64,000 bases of DNA from Octopus sinensis (Eukaryota). Positions 25,155-35,860 of the stretch are shown piece after piece. Both the position numbers and the translations under genes were made by a program. Location: the NCBI RefSeq assembly GCF_006345805.1, contig NC_042999.1, positions 29,202,001 to 29,266,000 on the forward strand, given 5' to 3'. The notes below the pieces were generated by a model, which was given only the letters and a program-made list of their open reading frames with translations, searched no databases and was not told the DNA's origin. Position 1 is the first letter of the stretch. The number at the start of each line of letters is the position of its first letter.

Positions 25155-26640
25155 ATCTATAAACATAAGTACGTTTGTATGTATATCTGAGCTCGTGTAT
25201 ATTCATGTACATATAAACGTACTTGTTGCATTGTAAGTGAATATATTGCATATTATATTACTTCCTTCAGTAGAGTACTAGCAATATCCAGAATATGTAT
25301 TCATGTATTCTATATTTCAAATTTATTTAGAAACGCTGTTGTACTCTGACAAAACTGTATGAAAATAAAAAAAAATTAAACGGAAATCTAAAAGATTCCC
25401 CAGGTAATAAGAAAATTCTATATATCATACTGAAGAATGCAACAGATCAAACGTAAATGTGATGAAACCTGTTTATTTTCTAATAGTTATCTGTTTATAT
25501 GAGAAGTTGTTTGTGCATACATTTGTATAGAGTGTGTTTATTTATAGATATAGATATTTCTCGTACATTTCTTACCAGATACTTCCACGATACCAATTTA
25601 TCGTTAATGTAGCAATATTAATGCATCTGTTTACTACTAGTTGAAAAGATGAAACGATACTGCAATATATCTTTATATATTTTCTCGCCGTTTACGTATT
25701 TTGATTTTTTCCTTATTCTTTTTCTATAGTTTTTATTCTCAAACAACACAACCATCGACCTACATCAAATATAGTGTACTCGGTTATTAAGTATATTATT
25801 TATTCTTTCACCTAAGGCTGCCACCTGACAAATGGAGTAATTGAGACACGGGTAATGGATAACATAGTATTATTTCTTAATTTGCGCATCGTTCTAAGTG
25901 TAGCTTCAATATGGCTGCCTTATACTTTTGGGATATTTCTTTTACGTAACATTGAACAATGAGGTTTAAAATATGCTAAGTCTGAGAGTCACACATATAA
26001 ATCCTTTGCATACTAAAAAGTCAGTCACCATTTCATGACTATCCTAGTATAAAATTATAAAAAAATCGTAATCAAAATGCACATTTTAGAAAAATGAAAA
26101 CATTTCAGAGGATGTTCGTCAATGCACAGTGTGGATTATAAAAACACACAAGTAAATCTTGATACAGTTTTGAGGATGAGGGATATGGAATCATTGATTA
26201 TGATACTGTTGCTGCGGTTGCTGCTAATGCTGATGCTGCAGCTCATGGTGATGATGCTTGGCTGGTGATAACAGTAATGGAGTACATATACCTTCACTAA
26301 GTACAAACGAGCGTCCTAAGAGTGCTCGTCTTCTTGTTGATATGCTAAAAATAGGAGTCAAAAGTGTCTTCATTTATACTACGGTCTTTTAAAAGGTGAA
26401 CAAAGTGGAAGCTATTCTCTAGAATAAAGAAATAAAGCAATATTTACGGTTGTAATACTTTATATAATCTTCCGTCACATATTTTCCGATCAGTGTTCAT
26501 ATAAGGCGAACATATACCAATAATGTACTTGTAAATGAACGAATGTGCAAGCATCAAAGCCACTGTCTAATATGTTAGTAATATCAGCTAATCCATCTTG
26601 AAACAACATATCTCCAAGAAAGCGAAACTATTTAAATTTA

Positions 26641-27822
26641 TACGAGGTGGTTTCAAAATTTTTATGAACTAGTTTTGTTCGATAAAATATTACCTATTTA
26701 CCTAATTTTTAACATAATTTCCTTCCAAATAATAACCTTGCGCACCAATATACCGGTCCTAGAGTTCCTGTCACATATGAAATCCGGCCTAGAATTCGTA
26801 TTATCATCTTGGTCAGAATTCAACAATGACTATGACACCATCATTGCTGTGATACTAGCTCCTAGCGAAGTGTTTTATCACGTTGGGAGTTGATAAGAAT
26901 GAGTTTGTGGCCAAATCAGGAGAATAGGGACGGTGATCAAGTAGTTCAATGCTACAGTCACGCAGTTATGGAAACCCTGGGATCGTATTCTGGATCTTTC
27001 GTCATTATTCCTGCACTTTTTGTCTTAAAAAAACAAATGTAACCGCCTCAGCAATTTCCTATATTACACTGCGTTGATAGTGTAAACAGTTTGAAGAAAA
27101 CAATACATTTTGCCTCCTCCAAAACTGCACCCATCAGCTTCCTTGCTGATGAAATGACCTTCGCCTCTTCGTGGGAGTTGAGAAGAAGTGTTCGTCACTC
27201 TAAAAATCGTCTTTTGGTTTCTAGTTCAAAGTTTTGAAGCCAACAGTCATCACGGTTTTAGAAACGTTCAAGAAAACCAGCTACAAAGGGCCAAACAATA
27301 TCAGGATTTCCTGTGACGTGATAAGACTTGTGCGCTTTTGATCAGATGTCAGAAGACATGGCACCCACCGAACATTGACCTTCGTCATGCCAAGTGCGTT
27401 ATACAGAATATTACAAACTCTCTCACGGGATATGCATATAGCATTGGTTGTCTGGGTTATAGTTATTCGCCTAACATCGATCACCACGTAATGGACACGC
27501 CCAGCAATTGCGTATTGTCCAGATCTTGTGTCATCATCAAGACTCTCACTTTTCCTTCTGAATACAGCTGTCCACTTTTGTACTCTTGATAAAGCGAAAG
27601 CTTTATAACCTATTTTTTCGAGCATGACAGCACAAAGTTGTACATTTTCATGAGACGTAGCTGAATTGTTCTTTGAACAGTCAGATGTAAGTTTACTTTA
27701 AAAGAAATGATATAGTAATAAAACGATTTGAAATTAATGCATGAAAGATTTCACAGTAGTTGTAGCAGCACTTCATAGACAGACTATAAGCTTTAAACCT
27801 TCCCCTTTAAGACTACCGTTTA
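26641..27822 (-). mobile_element. mariner (DD34D-type) transposon, degenerate
   Basis: The ORF 27281-27625 contains RWVPCLLTSDQKR (WVPHEL motif). Downstream DHRPYSPDLA (YSPDLAP motif) lies near 26900-26940. There is a TA-CGAGGTGGTTTCAAAA terminal sequence at 26641; the other end is degenerate near 27820. Confidence 0.85.
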
Positions 27823-28849
27823 ATCATGTGTGTAACCATTCTGGTTCTTTTTATGTTGAGTCATCACTAATTTTTTAGGTAAAGAAAGCACATAGAAACA
27901 ACAATATAAGCGGAAAATATATAGTTTGGGAGCATGATAAAAAGATGTTCATGGTTTTTCTGATATTGTGCTCCTAAAAATTATACAGGTTGATTTCTAC
28001 AGTAAAAGATGTAGCACTTTTCACATACACACACATACAAACACACACACACACACATGCACATAAACAACGGCAGCAATCTCATCAATAAAGGTTACAA
28101 TATTAACAAGGAGTAAATCAATAACATCAAACATAACCAATGATAATAATATGACTAAGGAGCGGTGGTGAACGTCGAGTCAAAACATGATAGACAATTA
28201 TGCAAGAAGAACAATGATCACAACAATGAGATAAGCAATAATGAAAATAATTGTTTCTAGTAGATGAACAAGCCTAAATATTTTAAAGTTGATGCAATCT
28301 GAATCATTACAGGATAGGTATTTTATTTCTGTGGGATGAAACCGAAGATCGAAATCGACGCTCTTTGAACTCAGAATGGAAAAGGGTTGAGTTAGCCAAT
28401 AGAGAGCATGTTGTACAGCACTAAATATCACATGGAGTTTAGGTGATGGGCAAGTTGATTACAGTGCCTCAATAGTTCAACGGGTATTTATTTTATCCAC
28501 CGAAAAAATGGCTAACGAAGTCGACCTCCGTGGAATATAAATACACAAATGCTGCTAAGTATTGTGGTAAGAAGGGAGTAGACGAGGACACATATCCGTC
28601 AAATATCAATAATGTAAATAATGTACAGAATTTCTCATCTCTAAAATATAAAACAGTATAACCACAACTGTTAACTAAAAACAGGATTGGCAGATAACAG
28701 AGTAAAGAGGAGGACGTTGACCAGGAAAGAAAAGAGTTTAGTGATACAGTGTTACTTAGAAAGTGCACCTAAAAGAAGGGATTATAGAACACGGATGTTA
28801 ACACTTTGGGTAGCGAAGGATATGTTTAAAGAGACTAAGCAGTGATCAA

Positions 28850-30120
28850 TAGATTAAGCTACTGCTATTCGGAGAGAAAATTGGATGACAGAATTGGAGG
28901 TAGAAGAGGTCACTACTGGAAAGGAAACATTAGGATGTAGTAAAGACAAACAACAATATAAGACATAGAGCTCAAACCAAAGAAGAACCTAAAGGAAAAT
29001 ATAATAATAGCACTATAAATAAGGAAGGGACTACTAGCACAAGCGACTTAAGTGATTTAATTGAAGAAATCTGCAAATGTTTAGATGAGCTGCAGGATGT
29101 AATGAGCGAAGAAGTAAGGACATGATTACCAGCATTAAAAGGCGCCAACAGACGTAAGCCTCTGGTAATGACTAGAAGAGTAGATTCTGTTATCAGTAGG
29201 AAACAGACAAAAAGTAAAGGAGACACTAAATCACTAATCTATGCCTGAAAGTTCGTAGTCACTAGAAGATTTTATGTCTCAAATGGTAAGATGAAAGGAG
29301 ACTACAAAATAAAGTGAACACTTTAAGACAAGATGTGAGTAGAATAGAAGCCTGGAATCTGAATACGCTAGGAAAAAGACGATACACATAATCTATTTAC
29401 AAAAGATATTTGCCAAAGAGAAAAAAATTGGTACAGTAAGAGAAGAGTTGAAACAATGTATCAAAGCAGTAGAAGACAAGCTCTCCATATATCAGAAAAG
29501 AATAGGTCAGGATCGCGGGATCAATAGAACTTATTATTTGAGACAAAGCACAGTATATTTTATAACGAAATGAATGATGGAGAAAGAGGTACCGAAGATG
29601 AGAAACATAAAGTAGATGAAGCTGAAAAGTTATGGAGTAATAATGGAGATGCAGTATGGTAGCACAAAAAGAGGGAAGAAGTAGTGAGTGAGGGGCAGCC
29701 AGATCTAATTCTAACTATTGCATTAAGGATTAAAGTGTTAGGATTAGCTTATTAGAGAGAGGACACTACTCATTATGAAAGATTAGAAAAAAGTGTAACG
29801 CAGCTAGAAACTATAGAACAAACACTTGATTACCATTAATGTTGAAGCTGTTAAGAGAAATACTTACAGAAAGCAGATACGTGCATCTACACTGAATTTA
29901 CTGCCACAAAAACAGAAAGGTTTCAGGAAGAAGGCTACAGCAATTTAGTGGCTGCTATAAGGGTAGTGCACTTGTAGAAAACAGCACTGCTCGGAGCCAT
30001 TCGGAAAATCAGGATGGTGCTCGAAAAATAGGGGGTGTTACTCTAGTTCACTGGTACTGAAGAGCTGACACCATAGCACGTCTCCAGCGTTAGAAGCTGT
30101 GCAAAGACAATAACAGACAG
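28850..30120 (+). mobile_element. Old R4/Dong-type non-LTR element with a large internal deletion
   Basis: KKIGTVREELKQCIKAVEDKLSIYQKRIG...EAEKLWS (N-terminal region of R4-type ORFs) is joined to HL*KTALLGAIRKIRMVLEK* (C-terminus), then a 3' UTR running into an (ATA/ATG)n tract. Confidence 0.7.
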
Positions 30121-30145
30121 TTATAATAATGATGATGATGATGAT

Positions 30146-30186
<41 letters not shown>

Positions 30187-30215
30187 TAATAATAACAATA
30201 ATAATAATAATGATG

Positions 30216-30297
<82 letters not shown>

Positions 30298-30305
30298 GAA
30301 GAAGA

Positions 30306-30340
<35 letters not shown>

Positions 30341-30362
30341 AGAAGAAGCAGAAGAAGAAGAA
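30121..30362. repeat. Compound trinucleotide microsatellite (ATG)n-(ATA)n-(GAA)n
   Basis: Directly visible; forms the tail of the upstream R4/Dong element. Confidence 0.95.
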
Positions 30363-30649
30363 TTAATTCTTGTTTTTTAATTAATTCGCCATTCATTGAC
30401 TACAAATGAGAAAAACTTGGCCAGATAACAAACTGCCTGTCTTCAAACATTTCACTTGGTTTGACAATACAGCCACTGAGCGGAGAATGATCTTACCCCT
30501 CTTCCCTGTTAAAGTAAGGGGGTGTGATGATCTGCACAATACACTCACCGAGCAACTCGATTAATCTTACAGGAGAACAAATTTGCTCATCACAAGACCA
30601 TAAGTCTCTAACGCACGGACACTAACCTATTGCGTGCAGGATTGTTTCG

Positions 30650-31570
30650 TCCTACTGCATGGAAATCGGGTATTTTCCACAGTTAGCACCTCCATTCCTG
30701 AAAAGCTTGTGTCAAGCATGCGGTGACCCCCTGTAGTACTGACATGACGAAGATCTTTAGAATTTGCTCATGGTCTTCGACCCGAAAATATCTACAGGAT
30801 ACTACTCAAATTGTACTCATCGATTACTAAAATCAAGCATGACATTACAAGCCATCACGGACTGAGTACGAGTGCTGACAGCAGAAGGGTTTTACAATCA
30901 TCGAAAGCTGACACATCCATAAGAATTGAAAAAGCAAGGTCTTCAATATCGACACAGTTTTTCTCGGCGTACTTATGTCTGATATTTTAAAGACAGCTTC
31001 CTATATTTCCAGTTGTTATTGAGCTTGGCCACTTGGGTATCTAGTCAGAACCAGGTTCCATACACTTTTACTGGATATCTCCTCAAGTGAGAGAAATCAT
31101 CGCTAGTCAACATGGTTTTGCCTCTCCAAAAGTCTAGTAGCCATCCCACTGATTTGTCCTCGTTTATGTTTGCTCCTGTACTTGTCTGATACTCATCCAG
31201 TATCCAGTATACAAGGTCTCTGATGTAGTCTGCAAACGCACACAGACGTCTCCAGTGGCCAACTTCCAGCGCGTATACCTCGAATTCTCCAGACTTCCTT
31301 GCAAAGATTCTAATGCTAAAACATAAAAAAAGCGGGGAAATGGGGTATCTTTAATGAACCGAACGTAAAATACAGATATGTTTCGGAGGTGGCTACTTAA
31401 TTTGAATGGCAAACAGGTGGCACTATACATTGTAATGATCCATTCGTCAGGGACAGACCCGAAGCCAGCAGCTTTTAGGACAGCCAACACATAGCGATAG
31501 TCCACCATGTCAAATGTATTGCATTGGTTCAAATTAACCAGTATCCCTTGAAAGCCAAATATGTTCCTAA
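30650..31570 (-). pseudogene. Degenerate Tx1/L1-clade reverse transcriptase fragment
   Basis: LNQCNTFDMVDYRYVLAVLKAAGFG (LDQ.KAFDRVDH), FFYVLALE, and DKSVGWLLDFWRGK..PVKVYGTWF, typical of Tx1 RT. Many substitutions and frameshifts. Confidence 0.8.
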
Positions 31571-31680
31571 TAAACAATGAGAAATATAACAAGAACAGCA
31601 ACAACAAAAGCACAAAAATAACAAAATAATAATGACAACAATAATAATATTCACGATGATGATGATGATGATGATGATGA

Positions 31681-31745
<65 letters not shown>

Positions 31746-31763
31746 TTAATAATAATAATAATA

Positions 31764-32197
31764 AGATAGAGATATTAAGGCCAACAGACCAGATATAGTT
31801 GTCAGAGATCATGAAGAAAAAAAATGCTTTCTAATTGATGTATCAATACCGGCAGATGACAACGTGTCTCTAAAAGAAATGGATAAACTCTCAAAATACA
31901 AAGACCTGGAAATAGAGGTAACTAGAATGTGGAATCTGAAAACAGAAACAATTCCTATCATAGTAGGTGCATTAGGCATGATAAAAACATATTTAGACAA
32001 ATACATAACAAAAACACCAGGACTTACAAACACATATAACATACAGAAAATTGCACTACTAGGCACTGCACACATCCTACGCAGAACACTTTCAATACAA
32101 TAACCACCAGAGCATCACAACAAATCACAGCACATACCCAAGGCACACAGAGCTGCGCTCGGTAGTGAAGTGAAAGCACGCTATAAAAATAAAACTA

Positions 32198-32202
<5 letters not shown>
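31764..32202 (+). mobile_element. 5'-truncated R4/Dong-type element (restriction-like endonuclease end + 3' UTR) within (AAT)n
   Basis: IKANRPDIVV..CFLIDVSIP..KLSKYKDLEIEVTRMW..IQKIALLGTAHILRRTLSIQ* (PD..D RLE). The 3' UTR is nearly identical to those at 52923, 54029 and 55758. Both flanks are AAT repeats. Confidence 0.93.
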
Positions 32203-32264
<62 letters not shown>

Positions 32265-33011
32265 GAAGAAGAAGAAGAGAAGAAGAAGAAGAAGAAGAAG
32301 AAGAAGAAGAAGAAGACGGAGAAGAAAATAATACGCTACATTATTAAGTTCACCAATTATAAGCCATTGAATGTAGACTTTCATTCCATCTTCTTCCCCT
32401 GCAGATATTTCCATTAAGTTATTCTTCCAAGTGCTTTCTCTCTGGTTCAGTCTATTGTCTCTTTTATTTTGCTTCTTATTTATTCCCACTGTGTCTTTCT
32501 TTTTTTCTCTGTTTGAATGCATTTTTGTTTTAACCACTAAGCTTAAATTACAGAATTTATATGGCTTTTCTTTAAACTTTTGTTTTTCATAGCAATATTC
32601 TCAATTTTCCGTCAATGCTTGGCATGTTGCCATTAATAATTAACGTATGTGTATTCACTAGTGTCGCCGATTTGCTACTTTGTTTGGTAGTGATGCGCAC
32701 AGTGGAGATATCTTTGGTTTATATGTAATTATATTTTTTTATCTTTTCTTTCAGTTCTACTCGCTTCTTCATTGTTTTTTTTTCTTTTATACATAAGTGG
32801 ATCGCATATAGCATTTATCTTAATTTTGCTAAATTAGAAAAGATTGTTATTGAATATTGCTCATGTTTAAATATTCCTAATAGTTTTGTTGTGTCGGCGC
32901 ATTAATTCTTTATTATTGTATTTCTCATTTATTTGCCATTGTTACCAGAAACTAAGAAAATATCCACGAAATATAAATAAATAAATGTAATATATATATA
33001 TATATTATATA

Positions 33012-33051
<40 letters not shown>

Positions 33052-33054
33052 ATA

Positions 33055-34040
33055 AATATTAGGGAATATATCAAATTTACAGGGAAAAAAAATCAGATTT
33101 AGGATTAAATCCAATTTATAGTAAAATATTATAAAATATTATTGAGACAAAACCACTATTTTGCAAAACAAACAAGGAACACCACTCAAAACGAACACCA
33201 CTCAAAAATTATGAATGAAACGTGAATAAACGGGTGGTGGACTAGCGTTGCTTGGAATGTGAATGGAATAGTGTAGTAGTGAGGTAGGCATAGAGAATGG
33301 GATTGGGTTACTGCAAGTTGTTTGTTAGAGATGCTAAGTGAGTTAAAGCTCATAAATGTATATAATGTTTTTTGTGGGTGTGTAAGTATTGTTGTATATG
33401 TCGAGTTTAGTGAGTATGTATAGGCGTATATGTGAGGGAGTATATGTATCTTTTGTGTGTGAGTGTTTTGCGTGTGAGTGTGTGTTTTGTGTGTGAATGT
33501 GTATATGGGTTTGTTATTTAGGTTTTGGGATGTATATGTTAATTTGTCTGTGTGGGGAGGGAGTGGGTTTTGGTGTATATTGAGGTTTATAAGTTAGTAT
33601 AGGTATGTGTATAAGTCGTGAGTCTGTGGTTACGTGTGGTTTTTGTGTGTGAATGTTTAGGTTAGGGGGTTTACTTTATAGGTTTGTTATAGAGTTTAGC
33701 AAAGGGAGATTTTATCGTTATATGTTTTTAAGAGTTTTGTTTTATCATGGTTTTTTTAGGAATTCGTGGTAATTAGTCTATATTTAGATATGGATTATAT
33801 ATGGTTATATATGGATTATATACTTACATTTTTTCATTTATACTTTAATTATTTAAAAGTATTATTTTTATATTTTAAAATTTTGATTTTTTAGATGGAA
33901 GTCCACCTGAAGATTGTCGATCAAGACAAGAAACGATTGTAGTGGCGGTTTTTTTGACTATTTATTAAATTTTATGTATTGATTAAGTCTTTCCTTGTTT
34001 GTTTTGCAAAATAGTGGTTTTGTCTCAAATAATATTTTAT
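33055..34040. mobile_element. Non-coding Penelope-derived element bounded by inverted repeats and carrying a hammerhead ribozyme
   Basis: 33134-33180 is the reverse complement of 33991-34038 (about 48 bp, one indel). The interior is G/T-skewed and non-coding, with a hammerhead at 33903-33945. TA microsatellites lie on both sides. Confidence 0.7.
33903..33945 (+). ncRNA. Minimal type I hammerhead ribozyme, predicted cleavage after A33941 (GUA)
   Basis: Stem I CCAC(33903-06)/GTGG(33942-45); core CTGAAGA(33907-13); stem II TTGTC/GACAA with loop GATCAA; GAAA(33930-33); stem III AC/GT with loop GATT; UH = T33940,A33941. All conserved core nucleotides are present. Confidence 0.8.
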
Positions 34041-34739
34041 ATATATATATATATATGGTAAAATGGGTTTGGCAGAGAGTAATTAATCGAATGAAAAAAC
34101 TAAGAAAAATTAATATATAAATAAATATATATGTATAGGAATTTAACTTTAAAAACATGCAAAGATTAATGAGTTAAGTTACCTGTTTGTGAATGAGCGG
34201 GCATGCACATAAACGCACACATGCACATATCTATATAAAATGTAGGTGGCATTATAATCCATACTGTGTCCTCCTATGCTACATCAACATATTTCGTAGT
34301 CCAAAATTGTATATAGATGTTATAATTGCGTGAAGTAGGCATTAAATTTGAAAAGTATTAGAAACTTTTTTCAGAGTAACTATATAACCAAAAATACATT
34401 ATACAAATGATTTTCATTCCATTTATTGACACTTACATGTGTTTCATTTGAAGATAGGTGTTACAAAATTGCACATGTATAGGAAACATATATTTGCAAT
34501 TTGTAACTCCTGTTGGCAAACAAAAGACATGTGAACATGAATAATACATAACAGTGTTTTTCTGATCACCTGTTGAACAGGCATTAGATGTTTTCCTTTC
34601 TTCACTTTCTATGTCTTCGCACCTGACAAAACTTTCAGACCTGTAATCAAACAGTGTTGGAATTCCTAGATCTAAAAAAAATATGAAATCTTTGTGCTAT
34701 GGCTTGTTTTTTTTTCACGACTATTCACTTTATTCCATA

Positions 34740-35090
34740 TGGTATATATTTGGTCCCAAACTTGATAAATTTCTGGCCAACTTAGATGTAATACTTTTGT
34801 CGATTAGCCAGATTATATGATGGTGGTTAAAAAAGTCTTATGAGAACTTGTCTTCCTTCTGACATATTGCCACATATTGAGTTTAAAGATTAGCTTCATA
34901 ACATACATATTTCAGTGGAGTATCGGGGAGGAATCCAAGCAATATGTGAATGGATCTAAGAAATACAACTTATGCGCTGCAGAAAGATCTCGCATTCTGC
35001 TTAGGTCTAAATATTCTAAAACACTGCTTACTTCCATATCTCACACTTCCAATAGGTGCAAACACATGGACAGGCTTTTGTGGAACTGGA
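34740..35090 (+). pseudogene. Remnant of the C-terminal GIY-YIG region of a second Penelope-like lineage
   Basis: WSIGEESKQYVNGSKKYNLCAAERSRILL...NRCKH resembles the PLE C-terminal pattern WSI...KPY.NGSK.C.LC..EK..IL...KCRH. Confidence 0.6.
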
Positions 35091-35365
35091 GAAAAGCACC
35101 CGCTCCAGAATACGTCGATGTCTCATATTCTTTCACATATTTGCTGTTGATTCTTTCTATAACAGTTACATTAATTGCTGTTTCTCCAGTCAAGGAAACG
35201 GGGCGTATTAGTTCCCTTGACTTCGTTTTTTATACCCTCCCATTTTCCTCTTCATTTTTGTTTTATTTTCTCAGCGTGCAGTATCCTTGTATTTTTCTCA
35301 AATATATAATACATAAATATAACCTAAAATATTTCTTGGATATACATAGCGTATTTATAATTCAA

Positions 35366-35860
35366 TTTTACTCACTTATTTCCGTCTTCAGTGTATTAGT
35401 TTAATGCTAAATTTGAGACTACTAATAATTAAAATATGTATTCGACCAAGCGACATCGAATAGCTAAAAACCAGTACTCATTCGTCTGTATACATTCGGA
35501 AGCACTGTTTTTTGGATATTAGCTATTCGGTGTCGCTTGTTAATATTATTATTATTCGCTTGATAAAATTATTAATTATTAATTAATTAATTAATTTTAC
35601 TCTTTATTATTATTGGTAATATGATTCAGTCCCTGATAGTTAAACTGCAGTTTCTGCGGGATCACAAGTGGGTGATTGGGGAAGAATGCGAGTTCTCGCC
35701 CGTCTGTATGAGTGGAGAAGTACTGGCTTTTGGACATTAGCTATTCGATGTCGCTTGGTCGAATACATATTTTGATTATTAGTACTCTGAAATTTATAAT
35801 TGAAATACTACACTGAAGACGGAAATAAGTGAGTAAAAAGACGGAAATAAGTGAGTAAAG
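35366..35860. repeat. Nested palindrome: about 115-bp inverted arms plus an internal hairpin
   Basis: 35366-35480 matches the reverse complement of about 35720-35840. The internal AGCGACATCGAATAGCTAA pairs with TTAGCTATTCGGTGTCGCT (about 35519-35538). There is a short tandem duplication (agacggaaataagtgagtaaa) at the right end. Confidence 0.85.

Noticed and set aside
24262-25251. Several 60-150-aa ORFs rich in YI/CV/HT
   Set aside because: Translations of (TA)n and (TG)n microsatellites. The same applies to those at 7264-7720, 43402-43826 and 63423-63997.
30056-30100. CTGAAGA followed by a GCTG/CAGC hairpin
   Set aside because: It is followed by GTTA rather than GAAA and lies in a Dong 3' UTR; not a hammerhead.
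30121-30396. Poly-Leu, poly-Ile and poly-Glu ORFs
   Set aside because: Trinucleotide microsatellite translations. The same applies to poly-Tyr/His/Arg/Ser/Asn ORFs at 32181, 52695, 53765-54534 and 58732-59012.
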